Source: a virus
Lineage: Duplodnaviria > Caudoviricetes
Virus record (IMG/VR): IMGVR_UViG_3300037484_000435
Span: 481,323 to 545,322 of that record
DNA length: 64,000 nucleotides
Reading direction: 5' to 3' (one strand)
The first letter of the stretch is position 1. Each line of letters begins with the position of its first letter. Below, piece after piece: positions 51,970 to 61,276 of the stretch. Below the pieces are notes generated by a model. That model searched no databases and was not told where the DNA came from. It was given only the letters and a program-made list of their open reading frames with translations. A program made the translations under genes and the position numbers.

Positions 51970-52671
51970 CAATGGAAAAAATGAGTTTGGATGACGAAGT
52001 CAGGTTACTGCAAGAAAAGGAGGAAGAGAAGTTTAAAGAAGCTATCAAACCTTCTCTAGCTACTTTTGACGAAGCATTACAAGAAGTCTCAGAACTTCCT
52101 GTAGAAGAGCAAATTGCAGCGTTATGGGGCACAGTTCGTGCTTTATTAGAGCGTTCAATGCGTCTGGAATATGAACTACAGCGAGGCAAAGGTGGATTTT
52201 TTGGTTTGGGACCGTGGTTCTGAAAGAAGGGATTAAGTAGATGGAAAAAATACTCATAATTCTATGTTTGGTTTTGGTTTTGACCAGCCCCGCAATAGGT
52301 AGTGGTTTTGGCATGACCTACTTTGTAGACCCAAGCACAGTAATCTGTTTTAGTGTGGTTTCGGCTACTGGCTTCCACAGTACCACCTGTGTACCTTGTG
52401 ACAAGATTCCAATGAGCAGGCTAAAGTTTGTGCTTACAGATTCAGGTTGGAAACCACTAAGAGAAATGACTCCGGAGGAACGGGACAGCATTCGGTCCAG
52501 AATAAAGGAAAAATATGGGAGAGTGACGGGGGAATAACAATGGTATACTGGTTTTTGGTTTATCTAGGAGGTATTATCACTGGACTGTTCCTTTTACCTC
52601 GTTTACAACAAAGTTACCAGTCTTACATGAAGAAATTAGAAGAGCAAGACAGAGAAAGGTGGGGACGATGA
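51945..52671 (+). other. Three small hypothetical CDS (51972-52223, 52241-52537 secreted, ~52540-52671 membrane)
   Basis: ORFs between permease and ATPase. Confidence 0.55.
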
Positions 52672-53342
52672 ACCAATGCCAGATAGAAGAAAAGTATAAG
52701 AATGGGCACTCTGTGTTCGTCCAAGACATGTACAAACTCTACGGAGAGAAAGTTGTCCTAGACAACATTGACTTAGCTGTATCCACAGGAGAGCTCTGCA
52801 CTGTAGTTGGCCCCAGCGGATGTGGTAAATCTACTCTGCTAAAGATAATCGTGGGGCAAGAACAAGCAACAAGAGGGACAGTGTGTATCGATGGTGTTGA
52901 TGTTGATTTCCCGAACAACTCACGGGGGATCGTCTATCAAAAGTATTCACTGTTTCCTAATCTCCGCGTGATCGACAACGTTATGTTAGGCAGGAAGCTG
53001 ACTAGTAGCTTGCGTAACCGCCTATTCAACAATAAAGAGTTGACCAGTGAAGCACAAGAGCTATTGGAAAAGGTAAGGTTAGGGGAGCACTTACAGAAAT
53101 ACCCCCATGAGCTCTCTGGCGGCCAACAACAGCGTGTAGCCATAGCCCAAGCAGTAATCATGCAACCCAAGATATTGTTGATGGATGAGCCCTTTGGGGC
53201 ATTGGACCCAGGAACTAGAGAACATATGCAGACTCTTCTCCTAGACCTGTGGGAACACTACAAAATGACTGTGTTCTTTGTTACCCATGACTTGGAGGAG
53301 GCCGTCTTTCTAGGAACGCGGATTATTGTTCTCTCCCAGTAA
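52659..53342 (+). CDS. ABC ATP-binding protein; reading frame continues past an internal TAA to 53567
   Basis: Walker [17 protein letters not shown], Walker B LLMDEPF, VTHD; 74 further in-frame codons after the TAA. Confidence 0.9.
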   Translation: MGTMNQCQIEEKYKNGHSVFVQDMYKLYGEKVVLDNIDLAVSTGELCTVVGPSGCGKSTLLKIIVGQEQATRGTVCIDGVDVDFPNNSRGIVYQKYSLFPNLRVIDNVMLGRKLTSSLRNRLFNNKELTSEAQELLEKVRLGEHLQKYPHELSGGQQQRVAIAQAVIMQPKILLMDEPFGALDPGTREHMQTLLLDLWEHYKMTVFFVTHDLEEAVFLGTRIIVLSQ

Positions 53343-53575
53343 TATGAAGATGGCCGCGGGGAGAAGTGTAACAACCGCGGGGCTAGAATAGTGGCGGATT
53401 ACCCTCTAGAAAAGAAGGTATCAACAACAGACGTGAAGAAGGAAGCCGAATTCGGAGCACTTATACAAGACATTCGGCAAAACTGTTTTGACCCAAACCA
53501 TTTGCAACGAATCGAGAAGTTCAACTTAAAACACCAAGATTCGTTCGCAACTGAGGCTACGTTGTAGGAGGCACT

Positions 53576-54354
53576 ATGCTTTCATTTCAAGAGTGGGTGG
53601 ATTTGATACAAACTGGCTTAGATGCTCCTGAGGATTCATTCCCTAACGTGGGAGCCAAAGGTTCACAGAAGAAGGCTTGGATATGTAACTGGTTAGTTAT
53701 GAGTGCCGAGCCACAAGGCTATGACGCCAGAAAGATTATTGAGGCTTTGAAAGACCCCCCAGAATGGCTCATTGAGTGGTTAGACCTAAAAGGGAACAAG
53801 GAAAGACTCAGAGAAATTTTACGGTAGGAGTCTTATAGGAAGAAATAATGAAACTGGAACCAAGGGAGTCCCTTCTACGATTATTACAAGAAAAAAATAA
53901 GATAAGTGATATATCAGTAGAAGGGGCGGAAATCGCGTTTGACTTCTGCCTCGCATCAGGTATCAAACACATTAATGTCGTAATGCCAGCAGAGCTCATT
54001 CGCGATTCTCCTACGTATCAACCTTATTTACGGGCAAAAAGAGAAGAGTGGGTGTTGAGTTCTTGTTATGAAGCGTTGCTAGAAGAAGGTGACAATGAGG
54101 AGTTATTCAATCTTTTTCACGAAAGATGTTATTTTGTTTGTCCTTGGTGCGGGGACTGTTCGGGACCCTACCTAGACGGAACTGAACACCCCTACATAAA
54201 AGTGGATGATTTAACAAAGATTTGTTTTGGGTGTGGTATAAAAGAAGTAGCGAGAATAGGGAGGATAAAAGAAGTTGCCAAACAAAAAGGAGGAATATGG
54301 CAGAAACTTGGAAAACTATTGCGATTGAAAAATTGCAGAAAGGAGAAACAGTAA
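53576..54354 (+). other. Two hypothetical CDS (53576-53827, 53848-54354)
   Basis: RBS-preceded ORFs. Confidence 0.6.
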
Positions 54355-54605
54355 AAATCAGGGGACATGGGAATTCAATGACTCCTAGATTTAAAAGCGG
54401 TGACCTGATCACTTTAGAGCCTATAACAGAGCCCCCGCAGGTGGGTGATGCTGTATTCTGTAAAGTGAGGGGCACTATCTTTACACACCTGATAACCGCC
54501 ATCCAGGGTGACCGATACCAGATTAGCAATAATCACGGCCACGTTAATGGGTGGATTACCATCCGAGCAATTTTTGGAAGAGCGGTTGGTGTAGAAAGGA
54601 AGTAA
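54297..54605 (+). CDS. S24/S26-like peptidase-family protein
   Basis: RGHGNSMTPRFKSGD...VGDAVFCKVRG...HLI...NN. Confidence 0.7.
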   Translation: MAETWKTIAIEKLQKGETVKIRGHGNSMTPRFKSGDLITLEPITEPPQVGDAVFCKVRGTIFTHLITAIQGDRYQISNNHGHVNGWITIRAIFGRAVGVERK

Positions 54606-54718
54606 AATGTCTTTTCAAGAAGATGAAGTTTGGCAAGGGTTAATTGATCAATCTTGGGAGAAATTTATCTTGGAGGATATCAAAAAGCGTTATCCAGATG
54701 ACACAGAAGAGGATAAAG

Positions 54719-55306
54719 ATGAAACCACAAGTCATTTCGGTGACAATATTTAAAGGACCTATGGCTAAAAGGGTGCGGAAGCATCAATTGGACTTTCAAC
54801 TCGGGCCTAACCTGATTATAGGCCCCAACGGAAGTGGTAAGTCATCAATATTTGACCTGCTAACCAATCCCTCAAAAGAAGTCAAAGAAACTGTAAAAGT
54901 CGAATCCGTTGCTGGAAAATTCTATAAATTTGACTTCGAGAAGGACAACCCACGTAAGGCTGGCTACGTGGATAAACTATTCCAAGTTGCTTCCATGTTT
55001 GCATCCCACGGCGAATCCAACCAAGCAATTATAAAGATGGTTGCTAAGGATGACGCGAAAGATTGTATAATTTTCATGGATGAGCCTGAACAGGCATTGG
55101 ACATGGAGGGGATTGAACTTCTCATAGAGTGTGTAAAGAGGTCACCTGCTTCGCAGATTATAATCGCAACACATCACCCCGCCTTGATTATGAGTGATAT
55201 GTTCCACGTTGTGGAGTTGGAGGATGGGTACCAAGACGAGGTAAGAGATTTTATCTTTAATCTTGCTGTAGAAGAAGGGTTTAGAAGGATACAACATGGG
55301 AAGTAA
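54719..55306 (+). CDS. ABC/AAA-type ATPase
   Basis: GPNGSGKS, SHGES signature, FMDEPEQALD, IATH. Confidence 0.85.
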   Translation: MKPQVISVTIFKGPMAKRVRKHQLDFQLGPNLIIGPNGSGKSSIFDLLTNPSKEVKETVKVESVAGKFYKFDFEKDNPRKAGYVDKLFQVASMFASHGESNQAIIKMVAKDDAKDCIIFMDEPEQALDMEGIELLIECVKRSPASQIIIATHHPALIMSDMFHVVELEDGYQDEVRDFIFNLAVEEGFRRIQHGK

Positions 55307-55781
55307 CAAATGTCCTAAATGTGGGGCTATCTGTGGGGACTACAGGAACCCGTTTCCTACTGTGGATATTCTCCTGCTACGTGGTCGCAGTATCGCGATT
55401 ATAAAAAGAAAGAATCCCCCTTATGGTTGGGCTTTGCCTGGAGGTTTCATTGATTACGGGGAAACCGCAGAACACGCGGCGATTCGTGAAACAAAGGAAG
55501 AAACTAATCTCGATATAGTAAACCCACAACTATTCGGAGTATATTCCGACCCCGCCCGCGACCCACGTGCTCATACGATGAGTATAGTTTACCACGCAAA
55601 AGCCGAGGGCGAGGCTAGGGCCCAAGACGACGCCACAGAAATAAAGTTTGTAGAGATTGAACATCTTGTATTCGGGGTCTTCGAGGGTGTTGTTACGTGG
55701 GATAAACCAACATTCGAATACGACTTAGCCTTCGACCACAAGAAAATCATAACAGACTTCTTTAACACGTTTTTCACATGA
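55296..55781 (+). CDS. NUDIX hydrolase (ADP-ribose pyrophosphatase-like)
   Basis: WALPGGFIDYGETAEHAAIRETKEETNL Nudix box; YSDPARDPR; LAFDH. Confidence 0.88.
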   Translation: MGSNKCPKCGAICGDYRNPFPTVDILLLRGRSIAIIKRKNPPYGWALPGGFIDYGETAEHAAIRETKEETNLDIVNPQLFGVYSDPARDPRAHTMSIVYHAKAEGEARAQDDATEIKFVEIEHLVFGVFEGVVTWDKPTFEYDLAFDHKKIITDFFNTFFT

Positions 55782-55791
55782 GCAAAAATAA

Positions 55792-56540
55792 ATGACAAAA
55801 TACACGAAACAAGACCTACTAGACCTCAGCGAGTCATGTCCTTCTGACAAACACTTTGCTAAAATGCAAGAGAAGATGTCCGGGGAAGGGTTTGTGGAAA
55901 CGCTGGAGACGATGACCAAGATGTTAGTTGAGTTACAGTATCCTCCAAAAGACCTTCACCGCCACGGAGTTTTGTTAGGCATTCTACTAGCAGAACAAAA
56001 GAGCAACAAAGAAAAAACTCTCTGGAGCGATTGGGAGTAACTATGGCCACAGAATATTACTGGAAAGAATGTTTTGGAATATGTCTGGAAGGTGCCTCGG
56101 AAAGGCACTGGCTTATCCGTAATGACGATGACTGTGAAGATATTATAGCTGAAGTGAGCAGGCCACGAGTAGGCGATCGTAATGTTGGGCTGTGGAGGGG
56201 CGAAGCTTTCCGAAGTTACACAAAGGAATGCGAAACTCTGGAAGAAGCCCAAAAACTTACACTTAAACTGGTCCAGAAGGCTGCGAAATCCATGTCAAAG
56301 ATACAGATAAAGGGATAAACCATGTATGAAAAAACAACTGCGGAATGGCAAGACCTTGTTAGTGCAGAAAAAATACGTGCAAGAGATATGGAAACACGTT
56401 GGCGAGACGAACAACGGACATCTGCAGACCTCCGTGAGACCATAAAAATCATGAAAGCACAAATGAAAGACCTAGAAGGGACCCTGTTTGATAAGACTCT
56501 TCTGGTGGAACTTTTGAAAGAGAAGTGCGGTGTGAAATAG
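55792..56540 (+). other. Three small hypothetical CDS
   Basis: 55792-56040, ~56043-56318, 56322-56540. Confidence 0.55.
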
Positions 56541-57119
56541 ATGGGCCCGATCATAGGAAAGAAGAGTAAAACTGTTGGAGTTGCCCCCGCTATCATCCTC
56601 TCCAATCCCAAGTACGCACATAACGTTGGTCACATTGTTCGAGCGGCCTCCTGTTTTGGAATCACACAGGTGTGGTACACAGGAGACCGCGTCCGGTTGG
56701 ATATAGAGGAGAAAGGGAGACTACCACGAGAGGAGAGAATGAAGGGCTACAAAGAGGTTAATTTGATTAACTTTGATTATCCCTTTGACCAGTTCCCTGA
56801 CGCCACCCCAGTCGCTATTGAACTGAGACCCAATGCAGAAAACCTTTTTGAGTTTGAGCACCCAGATAATGCTGTATACGTATTCGGTCCTGAGGACGGG
56901 AGTATTGGTCAGGTAGACCGTAAACATTGCCATAGGTTTGTATACATTCCCACACACTTTTGTGTAAACCTATCCGCGGCGGTATATATGGTCCTGTGGG
57001 ATAGAAAACTGAAAGGTTATCTGAATGGGACGGAACAACCTTTACACATCAGTGAAGTCCTCAAAGAAGAACGTGCGTGGAACAGTATGGGACTTCATGG
57101 GGCAGGAGGAAGTGTCTAA
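56541..57119 (+). CDS. SpoU/TrmH-family RNA 2'-O-methyltransferase
   Basis: NPKYAHNVGHIVRAASCFG, YVFGPEDGSI, CVNLSAAV (SPOUT motifs 1-3). Confidence 0.85.
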   Translation: MGPIIGKKSKTVGVAPAIILSNPKYAHNVGHIVRAASCFGITQVWYTGDRVRLDIEEKGRLPREERMKGYKEVNLINFDYPFDQFPDATPVAIELRPNAENLFEFEHPDNAVYVFGPEDGSIGQVDRKHCHRFVYIPTHFCVNLSAAVYMVLWDRKLKGYLNGTEQPLHISEVLKEERAWNSMGLHGAGGSV

Positions 57120-57462
57120 TGTCGAAATGTAGTTATTGCGGGGCCACATTGGCTTTCATTGTAGAGAAATGGGACTTCGAGCGGGGAGGGGCTTGGTGGG
57201 GTTACAATAAAGCCAACGGTTGTTGGCAAAGTTCGAAAGCAACGGATTTTGAACCCTTCAAAGAGCTAAAAGACGCGGAGGAATTCTTTATGGAGTGCCT
57301 ACAGCACCCACACTTTTTTCATCTCCGCATTCGAAAAGTAGTGTTCTATCAGGATGAGTGTGTGGTTCAAGAATTCAAAAGGTGTTGAGAGAAGGAAACA
57401 AAATGGGGTTTGAGGTGTCTCAATTTAAACTACAGATGTGGTGGGAAGGCCAAAAAGTAAAT

Positions 57463-57551
57463 GCCCTCGTAGCCTAAGGGATAGGCAATAGACTCCTAAT
57501 CTATCTGGCTAACTACGCCTTATGCAGGTTCGAGTCCTGTCGAGGGCTCCA
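57463..57551 (+). tRNA. tRNA-Arg(CCT) with long variable arm, encoded CCA
   Basis: GCCCTCG/CGAGGGC-T-CCA; ataga-ctCCTaa-tctat; variable ggc-taactac-gcc. Confidence 0.87.
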
Positions 57552-57555
57552 CGAC

Positions 57556-57646
57556 GCCCACGTCGCACAATGGATAGCGCAAGAGTCTTCTAAACTCTCG
57601 GACTGAAATATCGTCCATGTAGGTTCGAGTCCTACCGTGGGTGCCA
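57556..57646 (+). tRNA. tRNA-Arg(TCT) with long variable arm, encoded CCA
   Basis: GCCCACG/CGTGGGT-G-CCA; agagt-ctTCTaa-actct; variable ggac-tgaaatatc-gtcc. Confidence 0.87.
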
Positions 57647-57988
57647 CAAGAAAGGTATAATATGAGAATAGTTTCTCGTAAAGGAGAAGATGAAAACGGA
57701 CGAGAGTTCGTTGCTTGGGAAAAGGGCACGATCATAGGATATGCGAGTATAAGGGGTCTTGAGGAGAAGTGTCCCTACGTGCATAGTGTGTGGGTGGATG
57801 AACCATTTCGGCAACGTGGGGTAGCCTCCAAGCTGATGAAAAAGCTTGTAGATTTTTGTCCTGATAAACCTATGTATCTTCATGTGAGCAGAGGAAAGCA
57901 AAATATTCCTGCTGTGACACTCTATAGGAAATTTGGATTTAGGTTTCTAGCAACAACTCGAAAAGACGAGATGCGGAGAAAACCTTAA
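57641..57988 (+). CDS. GNAT acetyltransferase
   Basis: VWVDEPFRQRGVASKLM (motif A), NIPAVTLYRKFGF. Confidence 0.85.
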   Translation: MPQERYNMRIVSRKGEDENGREFVAWEKGTIIGYASIRGLEEKCPYVHSVWVDEPFRQRGVASKLMKKLVDFCPDKPMYLHVSRGKQNIPAVTLYRKFGFRFLATTRKDEMRRKP

Positions 57989-58013
57989 ACCCACAGGAAA
58001 GGAATTCATTTCA

Positions 58014-58764
58014 ATGTTTGTAAAAGTTTATAATTCCGGAAAATGTATTGCACAATACAAGGTGCCTTCTGGGGCCTATGTAGATGTGACGGGAGCGGGA
58101 CAATCGGTTAGGATGAGAGTAATGTCAAGCATAAATGGTCAACTTTTGTTTCCTATCTACGGTAGCGAGGCTGTTGTTTTAGTGGACTCTTATGAGGACC
58201 AAGACATTCATGCACCTACTGTTTTTGATTACTCACAGTAATAACGGAGATTCATATGAGAAAAGTAATTGCCTTTGAATACATCGAAATCTTTGGTGAC
58301 TTACGCAATACTGTAAAATCTTTCTGGTTGTTTTTGATGTATTATCCAGAAAAGATTTACCTACATAGGCCCTTTGTAGTAAAAGGACGTTCTTCTCAGT
58401 CTTTTGATAACCTAGCTGACGCGGTAGAAACGTATGAGGCTGAACTGAAACGTTACAAGATAAACACTTGGGAAACACTTGTGTAAGAAAGGAAATACTC
58501 ATGGCTAAGTTTCTGAAAGTGTACCAGTACGGGGTATGTGTGAGCCAGTATAAGGTTCCTGATACTGTATGGATTTCACAGCGAAGGCACAACGGTATGG
58601 GTGAAAAAGAGGAGGACATCCTCTGTGTCTATAAATCGGTAGCCAGCACGAACAAACCTATGTTCACAATATATGGTACAGACCGCATCTGTATTATTGA
58701 CGATTTCCCTGACGTAGACCCAGTGCACCGCTGTAGGGTATTGGATTACACTGAGGATGTATAG
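58014..58764 (+). other. Three small CDS; 58014-58241 and 58501-58764 are paralogues
   Basis: KVY..G.C..QYKVP...IYG......D...D.D shared. Confidence 0.6.
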
Positions 58765-58776
58765 AAAGGTAACAAG

Positions 58777-59049
58777 ATGAGAAATCAAAAGGGTTTTACA
58801 CTGATTGAGTTGATGATTGTTGTAGCAATACTGCTTATAGTGGTCTCCATAGGTGTGGGTATGTTGGGTGGTATTGGTGGAACTAAAGTTGTAGATTTGC
58901 CCGCAGGACAAACTTTAGAACAGATCACCAATCTGTATCCGTTATCGTATACTACACGGTTGCGGGCGGAGGGTGAGCCTGTCGGCAAGAAGGAATTTCG
59001 AGAAACAGGGCATATCTGGGATACCGTAGTGATATTCCAAGAAAGGTAG
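58777..59049 (+). CDS. Type IV prepilin-like protein
   Basis: MRNQKG|FTLIELMIVVAILLIVVSIG class III signal with G-1, F+1, E+5. Confidence 0.88.
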   Translation: MRNQKGFTLIELMIVVAILLIVVSIGVGMLGGIGGTKVVDLPAGQTLEQITNLYPLSYTTRLRAEGEPVGKKEFRETGHIWDTVVIFQER

Positions 59050-59055
59050 GAATAG

Positions 59056-59388
59056 ATGGCGACTACTGAGGTGTGTTGCCCCTCTTGTGGCATGAAGGGG
59101 ATATATCCCTATGAAGAGGGAGACCAATACATATTACAACCCTGCGTAGGTTGTGGGGAGCCTTTGTGCATAAACATAACAATAGACACGGTGGTATTAA
59201 CTGCCAATGCAATCGCACGTATGACTATTGTGGAAATACTGAACGCGACCACTGCTATAGGGGCGTTTCTCGTTGAGACTGAAGGACAAAAACATGAAAT
59301 GACCGCTGGTTCGTGGGAATACGCCAGTCGTGCCGTTGATAAGTTGGAAGCGTTCGCAGAAAAAATAAGGACTATAGCAAAACAATGA
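59056..59388 (+). CDS. Zinc-ribbon hypothetical protein
   Basis: CPSC...CVGC. Confidence 0.55.
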   Translation: MATTEVCCPSCGMKGIYPYEEGDQYILQPCVGCGEPLCINITIDTVVLTANAIARMTIVEILNATTAIGAFLVETEGQKHEMTAGSWEYASRAVDKLEAFAEKIRTIAKQ

Positions 59389-59559
59389 GAAGAGGAAGAT
59401 TCAAGGAAGAGCCTATTCCAGGACGCAAGAGTGAAAAAAGAAAAAAGAGGCGGTGGGACCGTACACCAGAGGTGATTGAAGATTACAAGTATGGGAGATT
59501 TGAGATAGACTGGACTGTCCCCCACCTTACTTTTCGAGACAAGCCTAAACGCTAAACTT

Positions 59560-59634
59560 GCCCTCATAGCTCAGTGGAGAGAGCGCCACGCTACGGACGT
59601 GGGACACGCGGGAGTTCGAATCTCTCTGAGGGCG
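59560..59634 (+). tRNA. tRNA-Arg(ACG)
   Basis: GCCCTCA/TGAGGGC-G; ccacg-ctACGga-cgtgg; gggag-ttcgaat-ctctc. Confidence 0.9.
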
Positions 59635-59652
59635 CAAGAAAAGGAAATTTAG

Positions 59653-60463
59653 ATGAATGAAATCATCGCGGATATACAAGTAGCCTTGGTTGCTGGACAT
59701 GACGTTAGGACCAGCAATAGCAAAGCTACAATCTATGTCTCTAATGAGTGGGAATACAGCCATCACTATGCGTGGGATCGCCTGAAAGGGCGGGTTAACG
59801 CAAAGTACTACGAGAGACCGGCTGGGGGAGCTACACAAGAACTTAAAACCTCTACGGAACGTTTTGAGAACATAACAACAGAAGACTGGCAAGAACTTCT
59901 CAAGTTGGTGCCACCCGAACCCAACAAGGAACTTACTTGGGTAGACATGGCTGGTAGAAGAGGCCGAGAAGAAGACCGTAAACGGAATAGAGAAACTCCC
60001 CACAATATTCCTGTTGGGGCTCTGGTTGAAATAGTGCCCGACCTAGAATACGCATCCATTGCTGATGGTATTCGTCTACATGTCGTCCATCGAGGGCGTG
60101 ATTGTGATGAAACCCCTTTGTACTGGCTAGGTGTGGCGGGCGATTCACGGAATGAAGAAGGTTATATGGTCAGGGGGTTTGGTGGTTATCCTGAACACGA
60201 CCTCCGAATGATTGCTCCTCCTACGGAAGAAATTCTGAAAGCCATAGAAAAGGAGAATGTGGATGACTGAATACAAATCACAGGAGATGGATTATATACA
60301 TCGAGGTTCGTTACTTTATGTCCTCCACAAGATTGGCCCTATCTGGGCAATTGAATATCCCCAATTGGATAGGTCCGCTCTCTGGGGATATTTCGACGAG
60401 GAAGGTGTTAAAGTGGAATGGGAAAAACTGAAGAGGATTAAAAGAGTCCTAGTAAAGGAATGA
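59653..60463 (+). other. Two hypothetical CDS (59653-60270, 60257-60463)
   Basis: Coupled ORFs. Confidence 0.6.
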
Positions 60464-60492
60464 ACACCGAGATAACTAAGTATTCGATTAAC

Positions 60493-60532
60493 TAACTAGG
60501 TTCCAGTAGTAAAATCACTGGAGGGCTAGTTA
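60493..60532 (+). promoter_or_regulatory. Hairpin sequestering SD and start of the HNH gene
   Basis: taactag/ctagtta and tccagt/actgga stems cover GGAGGG and the A of ATG. Confidence 0.6.
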
Positions 60533-61191
60533 TGGATGCAAAAATCTGGGGAAACGCTGGTGGAGAAATCATAAAACAAAGGTACCACGATCGGTACAAC
60601 GCGGATCCCAACTACTGTAAGTTTTGTGGTAAAAAAATAGAAATTGCTGATGGGTCAACTCCCGCCGCAACAAAGAAGAAAAAGTTTTGTGACCATTCTT
60701 GTGCTGCGTCTTACAACAACCTAGCTTCACCAAAACGTAAGCCCGAGGTAACACACTCTTCATGCTTAGAATGTGGTAAACTGGTAGAGGTAAAAAGACA
60801 CCCATCTGGGGGATTTTCTCGTAGGAAATATTGTAATAAGTGTAGACAAGAAGTAAGGTACAGAAAAGGGGCGAAATTCTCTACTGATTACTTATCCTCA
60901 TCTTTTAGCCAATTAACTAAAGGTGAAATAAGGAGTAGAACTCAGGACGCACATAGGACAAGAACCGCAATTACAAGGCATTCCCGTCTTGTATACAGAC
61001 GATCTGGAAGGCCTTATGTCTGTCTTGCATGTGGGTATACTCTTCATGTGCATGTTTGTCATATTAAGGACATACAGGAATTTGGCCCCAATGCATTTAT
61101 CTACGAAATTAACGACCCCGATAACTTGATCACACTTTGCCCAACACACCATTGGGAGTTCGATCATGGTTATTGGAAAATGCCCAAATAA
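60532..61191 (+). CDS. HNH homing endonuclease, paralogue of 33928-34704, overlapping tRNA-Arg(TCG)
   Basis: CKFCGKKIE...KKFCDHSCAA; CLACG..HVHVCHIK...EINDPDNLITLCPTHH. Confidence 0.87.
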   Translation: MDAKIWGNAGGEIIKQRYHDRYNADPNYCKFCGKKIEIADGSTPAATKKKKFCDHSCAASYNNLASPKRKPEVTHSSCLECGKLVEVKRHPSGGFSRRKYCNKCRQEVRYRKGAKFSTDYLSSSFSQLTKGEIRSRTQDAHRTRTAITRHSRLVYRRSGRPYVCLACGYTLHVHVCHIKDIQEFGPNAFIYEINDPDNLITLCPTHHWEFDHGYWKMPK

Positions 61192-61255
61192 TTCAATGGA
61201 TTAGAAATTTTGCCTTCGAAGCAAAAAGTTGGGGGTTCGAACCCCTCTTTGGGCA
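61182..61255 (+). tRNA. tRNA-Arg(TCG)
   Basis: GCCCAAA/TTTGGGC-A; tttgc-ctTCGaa-gcaaa; ggggg-ttcgaac-ccctc. Confidence 0.87.
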
Positions 61256-61276
61256 CAAGAAAAAGAAAGGACAGAT

